The translations under genes were made by a program, and so were the position numbers. The notes below the pieces were generated by a model. It saw only the letters and a list, made by a program, of their open reading frames with translations, was not told where the DNA came from and made no database searches. Shown here piece after piece: positions 56,079 through 64,000 of a stretch of DNA of 64,000 bases (positions within the stretch are counted from its first letter, which is position 1; the number at the start of each line of letters is the position of its first letter). Source of the stretch: Vicinamibacterales bacterium (GTDB lineage: Bacteria; Acidobacteriota; Vicinamibacteria; Vicinamibacterales; UBA2999); assembly GCA_044347565.1 (NCBI GenBank), contig JBIKUN010000006.1:415-64414 (forward strand), written 5' to 3'.

Positions 56079-57218
56079 ATGCCCGGCGCGCCACAGACCC
56101 GGCGGTGGGCCGCTGGCGCGGCCGTGGCGGCGCTCGTGCTGGCGGTCCGCGTGACGGCGCACGACCTGGAGCGCACGATCGTGCACCTCACGCTCGCGCC
56201 CGACGGCGCGTTCACCCTGCGCCTCGCCCACGATCCGGCCTGGCTGCTGCTGCGGATGGAGTCGTTCGCCGGGGGCACCGTGGCAGAGCAGGGTTCGACC
56301 GTCGGCCGTGATGCCCGGCTCACCGCGCTCGCGCCGGCGGCCATCGACCGCGTGGTGCTCTTCGTGGAGATGGTCGAGCCCGGCGGAGCGGTGGTGAGCC
56401 ACGAAGTGCGGCCGGTGTCGAGCGAGTACTCGCCACCGCCGGCGCAGACACCCGGCGGCCAGTTCGCCCTCGCCACCTACACCCTGCGCGGCCAGATGCC
56501 GCCCACCGCGCGCCGCGTTCGCTGGTACTACGGCATGGTCGCCGATCCGTATCCGCTGACCATCGCGCTCGCCGACGGCTCGACGCTGACCGAGTGGGTG
56601 CAGGGCGATGCGTGGAGCACCTCCCTGCCGCTCGGCGGCCCGTTCACGAGGCCCACGCTGGCCTCGCGGCTTGGGGAGTACCTGTGGCTCGGCTACACCC
56701 ACATCCTGCCCAGGGGGCTCGACCACATCCTCTTCGTCGTCGGGTTGTTCCTGCTCGCGGCCCGTCTGCGCCCGGTGCTGGTACAAGTCACAACCTTCAC
56801 GGTGGCCCATTCTCTGACGCTCGGCCTCGCGCTCTACGGCGTCGTGACCCTGCCGGCCGCGGTGGTCGAGCCGCTCATTGCGCTCTCGATCGTCTACGTC
56901 GCCGTCGAGAACCTGAGGACGCGGGAGCTGACACGGGCGCGGGTGGCGCTCGTGTTCCTGTTCGGCCTGCTGCACGGCCTCGGCTTCGCCGGCGTGCTCA
57001 CCGGCCTGCAGTTGCCGCGCGCCGACTTCGCGCTCGGGCTCGTGGGCTTCAACCTTGGCGTGGAGGCCGGCCAGCTCACCGTGATCGCGGCCGTGGCACT
57101 CGCCGTGGGCTGGTGGCGCGATCGCCCGTGGTATCACGCGCGCATCGTCGTGCCGGCCTCACTCGCGATCGCGGCGGTGGGACTCTACTGGACGGTAACG
57201 CGGCTTGCCGGCGGCTGA
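56079..57218 (+). CDS. HupE/UreJ-family metal permease with N-terminal periplasmic domain
   Basis: ATG 56079. The signal peptide ends ...LAVRVTA|HD. The C-terminal six-helix HupE_UreJ_2-like core has LDHILFVVGLFL, HSLTLGLAL and GLLHGLGFAG. Confidence 0.8.
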   Translation: MPGAPQTRRWAAGAAVAALVLAVRVTAHDLERTIVHLTLAPDGAFTLRLAHDPAWLLLRMESFAGGTVAEQGSTVGRDARLTALAPAAIDRVVLFVEMVEPGGAVVSHEVRPVSSEYSPPPAQTPGGQFALATYTLRGQMPPTARRVRWYYGMVADPYPLTIALADGSTLTEWVQGDAWSTSLPLGGPFTRPTLASRLGEYLWLGYTHILPRGLDHILFVVGLFLLAARLRPVLVQVTTFTVAHSLTLGLALYGVVTLPAAVVEPLIALSIVYVAVENLRTRELTRARVALVFLFGLLHGLGFAGVLTGLQLPRADFALGLVGFNLGVEAGQLTVIAAVALAVGWWRDRPWYHARIVVPASLAIAAVGLYWTVTRLAGG

Positions 57219-57257
57219 AGACACGGCCGCCGGGCGGCGCGGCCTGCGGGACCGCGG

Positions 57258-57380
57258 CTACCCGCTGCGCGCGATGTCGCGCAGGGCACTGCGGCTGGCC
57301 AACCCCGTCAGGGCGTCGACATCGATCATCGCCCGCAGGGAGACCTGCATGCGGTGCAGCTCGTCGTTCGTGGTGGCCAG
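57258..57380 (-). pseudogene. Short remnant resembling the linker and start of a GGDEF domain
   Basis: Hand translation of the minus strand gives (stop)LATTNDELHRMQVSLRAMIDVDALTGLASRSALRDIARSG(stop). D-x-LTGL-x-x-R after a coiled-coil-like linker is the canonical GGDEF entry. The reading frame is closed on both sides. Confidence 0.3.
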
Positions 57381-57680
57381 TTACGCCGGCGCGCAGGTGG
57401 GCCGGCTGCTCGCCCGCCTCGACGCGAAGGGCCTGACGGACTCGACCATCGTGGTCGTCGCCGGTGACCACGGCGAGGGCCTCGGCGAGCACGGGGAGTC
57501 CACGCACGGCATGCTCGCCTACGACTCGACGCTGCGCGTATCGCTCATCGTACGCGCGCCGTCGCTCACGCCGGCCACGGTCGCCGTGCCGGTGTCGCTC
57601 GCGGACGTCGCCGTGTCGGTGCTGCAGTTGAGCGGCGCCCGCGCCGTGCTGCCGGACGCCTCCACGCGCACGCTGCGCGA
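57379..57680 (+). pseudogene. C-terminal fragment (~100 aa) of a sulfatase gene
   Basis: SYAGAQVGRLLARLDAKGLTDSTIVVVAGDHGEGLGEHGESTHGMLAYDSTLRVSLIVRAPS...VSLADVAVSVLQLSG matches the conserved C-terminal third of type I sulfatases. The ~350 N-terminal residues with the Cys/Ser-x-P-x-R active site are missing. It is part of the fused listed ORF 57205..61452. Confidence 0.6.
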
Positions 57681-57711
57681 GCGCGCCCGGACGGACGGGC
57701 GCCCCTCGGAA

Positions 57712-58794
57712 CTACCGCGACGTGCCGGCCGGCTCGAACTTCTGGATGCGCTGACCGTAGGTGTCGGCCGCGTAGACCGCGCCCTTCGAGTCGACCACGA
57801 TGCCGTGCACCCAGTCGAACTGGCTGGGGCCGGTGCCCTGCGAGCCCCACGTCGCCAGCAGCTTGCCGTCGGCGAGCGAGAACTTGTGCACGCGCTCGAG
57901 CAGGTGGTCGGCCATGAAGCCCACGCCCTCGGTGCCCTTGCGCGAGATGTGGACATCCCAGGGATTCCACTCGTTCTTGATCTCGCGCTTGTAGTTCAGG
58001 TCCTTGTCGAACACCTGCAGGCGCTTGTTCTCGCGGTCGATGATGTAGAGGTTTTCCTGCGCGTCCACCGCCAGCTTGTGCGGCAGCACCCACTCGCCTG
58101 GACCGGTGCCCTTGTCGGCCGGGCCGCCGGCGCCCTTGCCCACCTGCTTGATGAACTTGCCGTTCTTGTCGTAGAGGATGACGCGGTTATTGCCGTAGCC
58201 GTCAGTCACGACGATATTGCCGCTCCTGAGCACGGCGATGCCCGACGGCAGGTCGAGGTGATTCGGGCCGTTGCCCTTCTCCATCGTCGTGCCGATCTGC
58301 AGCAGGAACTTGTCCATCTTCGGCGTCACCTTCACGATGCGGTGCGCATCACGCTCGATGATGTAGATGTTCCCTTCCCAGTCGACGGCGCCGGAGTGCT
58401 CCCAGTCCTTGTTGATGGTCTTGCCGTTGTACTCGAGGTCGCCGCCGGCGAGCAGCAGCTTGCCGGCAGTGTCGAAGATCATCACGGGCTTCGGACCGCG
58501 GTTGAAGACGTAAATGCGATCCTGCTGGTCGATGGCCAGCCCCGAGATACCGGGCTGATTGGTGGGCAGGCCGCCCCCGCCGCCCATCTGGCCGCGGGCG
58601 CGGCGCGCGGCCGCCTGCGCTTCGCGTTCGGCCGGCGGCGCCGGTGCCTCCTTCAACCCGAACCACATGCCGGCGGGCAGCGTGGGCCAGTTCGGCACCA
58701 GCCGGTACTGTTCGCCCTGCGCGGTCGCGCCCGAGGTCATCGCCAGCAGCAGCGCCAGCGCCGCCATCGTTCCACCCATCACACGTCGCATCAT
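57712..58794 (-). CDS. PAL-like (peptidyl-alpha-hydroxyglycine alpha-amidating lyase family) NHL propeller, paralogue 2
   Basis: Signal peptide MMRRVMGGTMAALALLLAMTSGATAQG. PAL catalytic pattern IYVFNRGP, WEHSGAVD, VTDGYGNNR, LPHKLAV, IIDRENKRLQVF, WVHGIVV. Confidence 0.8.
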   Translation of the reverse strand: MMRRVMGGTMAALALLLAMTSGATAQGEQYRLVPNWPTLPAGMWFGLKEAPAPPAEREAQAAARRARGQMGGGGGLPTNQPGISGLAIDQQDRIYVFNRGPKPVMIFDTAGKLLLAGGDLEYNGKTINKDWEHSGAVDWEGNIYIIERDAHRIVKVTPKMDKFLLQIGTTMEKGNGPNHLDLPSGIAVLRSGNIVVTDGYGNNRVILYDKNGKFIKQVGKGAGGPADKGTGPGEWVLPHKLAVDAQENLYIIDRENKRLQVFDKDLNYKREIKNEWNPWDVHISRKGTEGVGFMADHLLERVHKFSLADGKLLATWGSQGTGPSQFDWVHGIVVDSKGAVYAADTYGQRIQKFEPAGTSR

Positions 58795-58815
58795 GTCGAT
58801 TGCCTCAGAAGACTG

Positions 58816-59445
58816 CTAGCGCCCGCCGCCGGGCACGGGCTTGCGCCACCAGGGATTGCCGTAGTTCACGAACGGGCCGCCGTCGACCGAGACGGTCGTG
58901 GCCACGCGATAGGCGAGCGGCGCGTTCAGCCGCATCGTGTGCTTGATGCGCACCGTGTGGCCGCCGGCCGTGAAGGGCGCGCTCTCGAAGAGCACGTTGT
59001 AGAAGCCGCCGAGGTCGGCGCCGATGTGCGCGATCTGGTCGTAGCTGAAGCCGCGGCTGTCGACGACGTGCCGGGCGATCGCCTTGTAGTCCTTGTGGTA
59101 GCTGATCGTCTCGCGCACCGTGAACTTCCCGCCCGGGCCCTCGGCCTCGGTGAGGGCCTCATAGAACTTGCCGCCGAGCGCCCTGTAGGTCGTGGTGCCG
59201 GTGATGCGGCCGGCCTCGCCGAGCGGCCCTTCCGGCACGTCCCACTCGAACGTCCACGGCGCGCCGAGGAAGTAGGTGTCGAAGTCGAGCAGCGGCTGCT
59301 CGTCGTCGTGCCGGGTGGGCCGGCCACGGTCGGGCGCCTGCCCCTTGATTTCCTGACCGGCGGCGGCCGGCGCCGGTGGCTGGGCGGCGACGGCCGCCAC
59401 CGACACGAGCAGCCCCAGGCCCGCAAACAAGACACGCTGCAACAT
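58816..59445 (-). CDS. Secreted hypothetical protein (DUF1579/lipocalin-like?)
   Basis: 209 aa with signal peptide MLQRVLFAGLGLLVSVAAVAAQ. Ends 21 nt before the PAL-like gene. The family call is tentative. Confidence 0.6.
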   Translation of the reverse strand: MLQRVLFAGLGLLVSVAAVAAQPPAPAAAGQEIKGQAPDRGRPTRHDDEQPLLDFDTYFLGAPWTFEWDVPEGPLGEAGRITGTTTYRALGGKFYEALTEAEGPGGKFTVRETISYHKDYKAIARHVVDSRGFSYDQIAHIGADLGGFYNVLFESAPFTAGGHTVRIKHTMRLNAPLAYRVATTVSVDGGPFVNYGNPWWRKPVPGGGR

Positions 59446-59538
59446 AGGGTGCCTTTGTATACCCGGGCGCGCGCCGCGTCAACGCGAGACACATTCGCAG
59501 ACGCCCGGGCCGGCCCGACTGCGGTACACTCCCGCGCC

Positions 59539-61452
59539 ATGCCGACTCGTGCGCCCGCCCACCAGGCCGCAGGCCCCCTCCAGATTCGTGGCACGCTGGC
59601 CACGCGCTACGCCGACGTGTTCACGCCGGCGGCGCTCACCGCGCTCGAGTTGCTGGCGCCGTTCGACCGCGACCGCCAGGCGCTCATGCAGGCGCGGCTG
59701 GCGCGGCGGGCCGCCCGTGCCACCGGGCGCGCCCACATCGGCTTCCTGCCGGCCGATGCTGTCATCGGCCGCACATCGATCCGCGTGGCCGACGCCCGCG
59801 CCGGCGCCTTCGACGGCGGCGACATCCCGCCGGCCCTCGAGCGCCAGTGGATTCAGGGCACCGGCCCGGCGGCGCGGCCCGGCGCCGGGCTCGAGACCAG
59901 CCTGCGGAACGTGGCCTACGCGCTGCTCTCGGGCGCCGACGGCTGGATGTTCGACGGCGAAGACGCCCTCGGCCAGCGCTCCACGATGTCGCTCGACAAC
60001 CAGCGTAACCTGCGCCTGGCGCTCGGCCGCGAACAGGTCTTCCTCGCGGTCGCCGCCCAGGTGGCCGGCGAGATGAACCAGTGGGCGCAGGGTTTCTTCG
60101 GCCGCCCGATCGTCGCGGACTGGAAGCGCCAGCTCGACGTCACGGTGCCGGTCTTCCGCGCCCGCGGCCTCCACCTCGACGACCGCCACGTGCGCTGGGA
60201 GGACGGCACCGGCTTCTCGGCCTCGATCGTCGACCTCGTGCTCTATGTCGTGAACGTGCACACGCGGCTGGCCGCCCTGGGCCGGCCGGTGGTGCTGTAC
60301 CTGCCGAAGATCCAGACGGCCGAGGAAGCCGCCCTGTGGCACGACCTGCTGAGTGCCCTCGAAGCGCACCTCGCCCTGCCGCACGGCGCCATCAAGGCCT
60401 ACGTGCTCGTCGAGCAGCTCGAAGCCTGCTACCAGCTCATGGAGATCCGCGCCGCGCTCGGCGCGCACTTCGTGGGCTTCAACACCGGCCGCTGGGACTA
60501 CATCAACAGCGTGTCGGACGCGGTGGCGTGGGACGGCGAGTTCCGGAACCCGAACATCGACGCCATCACCATGACCTACGGCTACATGCGCGCCTACGAA
60601 GACCGCGTGCGCCGCGCCGTCAACACCCCCGATCGCCACGGCCGCACGGCGCTCTGGCAGGGCGGCATGGAGCCGAACATCCCCGTGGGCTCGGCGGCGG
60701 GCGTCGAGGCCGGCATGGCGCGCGCCGTGGCCGGGGCCGAACGGGAACGCACGGCCGGCGCCAGCGGCAAGTGGGTGGCGCACTGGAAGATGGTGCACAT
60801 CGTGCGGCCGGTATGGGAACGCGTCGGCGAAGCCAACCAGCGCGGACGCCGCTTCCCGCCGCTTGCCTACACGGACGACGACGCCTCGGCGCTGCGCGCG
60901 CTCGAGCCGGCGCCCCGCACCGTGCGCGGCGCCCGCGATCTGCTGAGCGTCGCCATCCAGTACGGCAACGCCTTCGGCCAGGGGCTGCAGGCGGCGGCCC
61001 TCAAGCCCGCGGACTTCTTCGGCAACGACGATGTCCTCTACCTGATGGAAGACATGGCCACGGGCGAGATCCGCGTCAGTATCCTCTGGGAATGGCTGCA
61101 CAAGCAGGCGCCGTTCACCGAGGCCGATGCCGGCACGGGCGTCGCCGCCGGCGACACGCTCACGCCGGCGCTCTTCGCCCGCCTGCTCGACGAGGAATAC
61201 GCGAAGCTCCTCGCCGCCAGCAGCCGCGACGTGCACGACGAGTCGAAGACCACAACGCTGCCCATTGCCCGCGATCTCGTGGCAACGCTCGTTGAGAGCC
61301 CGGCCAAGGCGCCGTGGTACATCGACCTGCTGAATCTCACGCTCGACAACACGGACCGTGAGGAATGCCGGCGGCGCGTCGCCGCCTACATGGCGGCATT
61401 CGCGGCGTCGGGTACGCGCGTGACCGCCAATCCGGAGTTCGACCAGGCCTAG
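59539..61452 (+). CDS. aceB: Malate synthase (A-type-like, long form)
   Basis: ATG 59539 inside listed ORF 57205..61452. FDGEDALG, FRARGLHLDDRHV, YLPKIQTAEEAALW, AYVLVEQLEA and GFNTGRWDYINS match the AceB catalytic motifs (E. coli NCGRWDYIFS). Confidence 0.85.
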   Translation: MPTRAPAHQAAGPLQIRGTLATRYADVFTPAALTALELLAPFDRDRQALMQARLARRAARATGRAHIGFLPADAVIGRTSIRVADARAGAFDGGDIPPALERQWIQGTGPAARPGAGLETSLRNVAYALLSGADGWMFDGEDALGQRSTMSLDNQRNLRLALGREQVFLAVAAQVAGEMNQWAQGFFGRPIVADWKRQLDVTVPVFRARGLHLDDRHVRWEDGTGFSASIVDLVLYVVNVHTRLAALGRPVVLYLPKIQTAEEAALWHDLLSALEAHLALPHGAIKAYVLVEQLEACYQLMEIRAALGAHFVGFNTGRWDYINSVSDAVAWDGEFRNPNIDAITMTYGYMRAYEDRVRRAVNTPDRHGRTALWQGGMEPNIPVGSAAGVEAGMARAVAGAERERTAGASGKWVAHWKMVHIVRPVWERVGEANQRGRRFPPLAYTDDDASALRALEPAPRTVRGARDLLSVAIQYGNAFGQGLQAAALKPADFFGNDDVLYLMEDMATGEIRVSILWEWLHKQAPFTEADAGTGVAAGDTLTPALFARLLDEEYAKLLAASSRDVHDESKTTTLPIARDLVATLVESPAKAPWYIDLLNLTLDNTDREECRRRVAAYMAAFAASGTRVTANPEFDQA

Positions 61453-61510
61453 CGTCGGCGCGGCGTGGCGGCGCGTGCGGAGGCTCGCGCGGCTGGGCGC
61501 CGTCAGGCGC

Positions 61511-63169
61511 TCAGCACGACACGCACTTGTGGTTGTTCGTCGCGCCGAGCTTCTCGAGCAGCGCGATCGTGGCCGGATACGGCTGCGTGCGCTGCACGGG
61601 ACCGTTGGCCATGTCGGCGGTGGTCTGCCCTTCGCGGTTCACCGTCGTGACGACGGCGCCTTTCGAGACGAGGTACTCGATCGACGCGTTGTCGCCGCGC
61701 GAGGCCGCCAGGTGCACGGCGGTGTTGCCTTCGTGATCCACCGCGTTCACGTCCGCCCCCACCTCTTCGACCAGGTACTTGATGGCGTGCAGGAAACCCG
61801 TCTCCGCGTAGCGATGCGAGTTGGCAGCAAAGCCTTCGCCGTAGCCCACACCGGCCGCGGCGAGCAGCGGCGGCACGGCGGGACCGCCCACCGGCACCGG
61901 CGGAATGCCCGAGACATCGGTGGTCTGGCGGATGCCGTCACCCGTGAACGGCCGCCCGGCCGGCTTCACGGTGGGAATATGCGGGTCGGCGCCGTACTGC
62001 ACGAGCAGCCGCATCGCCTCGACGTCACTCGCGTAGGCGGCGCGCCAGAACGGCGTGCCGCCGATCTCATCCACACCGGCGAAATCGGAATTGAACGCCT
62101 GATACCAGACCTTGCGGCGGATGCGCGCGTTCGGGTCGGCGCCCTTGTCGAGCAGCGCCTGCATCACCTGCAGATACGACGTGGTCTGCTGCTGATAACC
62201 CTTGGGATTCGGATACTGGGACTTGGGCGCCCAGCGATGGTTGAGCGTCGCGTAGAGCGGCGCCGCGCCGTTGGCAGCCGCGCGTGATACGTCGGCGCCT
62301 TTCGCCAGATACGCCATCGCCAGATCGAAGTGCCCGTTGATGACGGCCATCAGCAGCGGCGTCGTGCCGTCACCGGGATTCGCCTGGTTGATGTCGGCGC
62401 CACCGGCGAGCAGCGCCGTGGCTGACGCCGCGTAGCCCTCGCGCGTCGCGAAGAGCAGCGCCGTCAGGCCGCCCTGCGTGCCGATGAGTTCGTTGTAGCG
62501 GAACTGGCGCGTGAGGCCGGGAATCTGCGGCGCGCCAGCCGCTCCGCCGCGCGTGGGCGGATCGCCCGCGGTCAGCGTCGCCAGGTCTACGACCTTCGTC
62601 ACAAGACGATGGTCGGCGGCCTTGCCGAGCAGGAACGCCACGACATCGGCGCGGTCGAAGGCCGCCGCGAACATCAGTGCCGACTGCCCCTTCGCCTGTT
62701 CGAGTGCGTTCACGTCGGCACCGGCGGTGACGAGCCGCTGCACGGCGGCCAGCGTGCCCGATTCGGCGGCGAGCATCAGCGGGGTCGTGCCCGAGGTCGA
62801 CGTCGCCTTCACGTTCGCACCAGCCGCCACGAGCGCGTCCACGATGGGCGCGCTGCCGGCCCGGGCCGCGAGATGGAGGGGCGTGTAGCCGCCGAGGCGC
62901 GTCGTGGCACCGTGATTGGCGCCCGCATAGAGCAGCATCGTCGCGATGTCGGCCTGGCCCTTCATCGCCGCCCAGTGCAGCGCGGTCATGCCGTCGCCCT
63001 GCGCCGCGTTCACGTCGGCACCGGCGCGCAACATCGCGCGCACTTCCGCCGCATCGCCCCGCATCACTGCATTCGCCACCGGCGCATCGGGCGCCGCGCC
63101 AAGCAGCGCCGTAAGGCCCAGCACGAGGCCGGCGCCGGCGACACGTCCTGTCAGTCGTCGCATCAACAT
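61511..63169 (-). CDS. Secreted ankyrin-repeat protein
   Basis: Signal-like N-terminus, then repeated G-x-TPLH/ALH-x-AA-x-x-G modules (GMTALHWAAMKGQADIATMLLYAGAN, YTPLHLAARAGSAPIVDALVAAGAN, TTPLMLAAESG..., NTAVHLAASRGDNASIEYLVSKGA). Confidence 0.88.
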   Translation of the reverse strand: MLMRRLTGRVAGAGLVLGLTALLGAAPDAPVANAVMRGDAAEVRAMLRAGADVNAAQGDGMTALHWAAMKGQADIATMLLYAGANHGATTRLGGYTPLHLAARAGSAPIVDALVAAGANVKATSTSGTTPLMLAAESGTLAAVQRLVTAGADVNALEQAKGQSALMFAAAFDRADVVAFLLGKAADHRLVTKVVDLATLTAGDPPTRGGAAGAPQIPGLTRQFRYNELIGTQGGLTALLFATREGYAASATALLAGGADINQANPGDGTTPLLMAVINGHFDLAMAYLAKGADVSRAAANGAAPLYATLNHRWAPKSQYPNPKGYQQQTTSYLQVMQALLDKGADPNARIRRKVWYQAFNSDFAGVDEIGGTPFWRAAYASDVEAMRLLVQYGADPHIPTVKPAGRPFTGDGIRQTTDVSGIPPVPVGGPAVPPLLAAAGVGYGEGFAANSHRYAETGFLHAIKYLVEEVGADVNAVDHEGNTAVHLAASRGDNASIEYLVSKGAVVTTVNREGQTTADMANGPVQRTQPYPATIALLEKLGATNNHKCVSC

Positions 63170-63180
63170 CGCGTCTGCCC

Positions 63181-64000
63181 CTACTTCGCCGTCGTCGCGG
63201 CGGCGTGATTGAGGTCCATCGGCGCGGTGCTGTCGCCGAACGACGGCAGGTCCAGACCGAGCAGCTGCCCCACCGAGAGCATCGCGTTCGCCATCGGCGT
63301 GCCATCGGCCGCCTTGATGTGGAGCTGCCCCTTGAGCTGTCCACCCGCGTGACCGGCGAGGAACAGCGGGCAGCGCTTGTGGTTGTGCACGTTCGAATCG
63401 CCCATCGGCGAGCCGTACATCACGAGCGTCTGGTCGAGCAGCGTGCCGTCGCCCTCGGGCGTCTGCTTCAGCTTGTCGAGGAAGTACGGAATGAGGCTGA
63501 CGTGATAGGCGTTGATCTTCGCGAACTCGGTCACGCGGTCTTCGCGGCCCTGATGGTGCGAGGCCGGGTGGAAGCCGGTCGAGACGCCGCTCTCGGGATA
63601 CACACGGCCCGAGGCGTCGCGGCCCATCTTGAACGAGAACACGCGCGTGATGTCGCTTGCGAAGGCCACCGCCTGCAGGTCGAACATCAGCTTCACGTGT
63701 TCCGAGAACGAATCCGGCACGCCGATCGGCGCGCCGGGCAGCGCCCGCTGTTCGCCGCTGCTGTTGAGCGTCTCGACCGTGCGGATGCGGCGCTCGATCT
63801 CGCGCACGTCATCCAGGTAGTCACTGAGACGGGCCCGGTCCACCGGGCCGAGCGTCTTCTGCAGGCGGGCGATCTCGGTCGTCACCCAGTCGAGGATGCT
63901 CTTGTCTTCCCGGCGCCGGATGGCGCGTTCCTCCGCCGTGGCCCCCACGCCGAAGAGCTGGTCGAAGGCCACGCGCGGATCGCGGATCATCGGCAGCGGC
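63181..64000 (-). CDS. DUF1552 family protein; the N-terminus lies beyond the right edge
   Basis: The C-terminal ~270 aa have DUF1552 hallmarks (FHPASHHQG, MYGSPMGDSNVHNHKRCPLFLAGHAGG). The reading frame is open to the window end. Confidence 0.85.
   Translation of the reverse strand, partial: PLPMIRDPRVAFDQLFGVGATAEERAIRRREDKSILDWVTTEIARLQKTLGPVDRARLSDYLDDVREIERRIRTVETLNSSGEQRALPGAPIGVPDSFSEHVKLMFDLQAVAFASDITRVFSFKMGRDASGRVYPESGVSTGFHPASHHQGREDRVTEFAKINAYHVSLIPYFLDKLKQTPEGDGTLLDQTLVMYGSPMGDSNVHNHKRCPLFLAGHAGGQLKGQLHIKAADGTPMANAMLSVGQLLGLDLPSFGDSTAPMDLNHAAATTAK

Noticed and set aside
55967-56140. Cobalamin-riboswitch-like elements upstream of the HupE/UreJ permease gene (AGGGAA...GGTAGAA...GCGCCACAG)
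   Set aside because: HupE-family cobalt transporters can be B12-riboswitch controlled, and fragments of the core consensus are visible. However, the spacer is only 112 nt, and the GCCAC(A/U)G-like element falls inside the signal-peptide coding region. I could not assemble the full set of paired elements by eye. An Infernal search with RF00174 would settle it.
57205-61452. 1415-aa ORF suggesting a giant multidomain protein
   Set aside because: It is a chance fusion in one frame of three things: a sulfatase remnant (57379..57680), the antisense of the PAL-like and DUF1579-like genes, and a genuine malate synthase that starts at ATG 59539.

Overview
About 64 kb of very GC-rich bacterial chromosome (roughly 70% G+C by eye, Arg/Ala-rich proteins, GC-saturated third codon positions). 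I can support about 50 protein genes, one tRNA-Pro(UGG), two abutting gene remnants and a few hairpins and promoter-like sites. I saw no rRNA, CRISPR array, transposase, integrase or phage gene. Most of the very long ORFs in the supplied track are antisense or alternate-frame shadows typical of high-GC DNA. Several real genes needed start trimming, and two are not in the track as such: a GGDEF-domain gene that runs off the left edge, and a 64-aa omega-like ORF. Gene content is dominated by exported hydrolases and redox proteins: M14 and M20 peptidases, an amidohydrolase, GGT, dienelactone hydrolase, Tat-DUF1501 with DUF1800, DUF1552, two DUF5916 proteins, a sortilin/BNR protein and NHL propellers. 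Housekeeping genes include rph-rdgB, a DEAD-box helicase, lhgO and malate synthase. This content suggests a soil Acidobacteriota- or Gemmatimonadota-like organism (inference only). The best candidate for an undescribed system is a split, periplasmic analogue of animal peptidylglycine alpha-amidating monooxygenase (PAM). It combines a cytochrome-c-fused PHM-like copper monooxygenase (54533..55966) with stand-alone PAL-like lyases (57712..58794 and a second copy at 35256..36371). These sit among an acyl-CoA ligase, a HupE-type metal permease and a lone malate synthase, which consumes glyoxylate. Other points of interest: a perfect 29-bp palindrome that reads as two face-to-face promoters between lhgO and a GNAT gene; an orphan split NosR-like FMN/polyferredoxin pair next to ApbE; a DUF1800 protein with three C-terminal FN3-like modules; a degenerate GGDEF receptor divergent from an HD-GYP phosphodiesterase; and a 0.5-kb spacer made of two abutting gene fragments.
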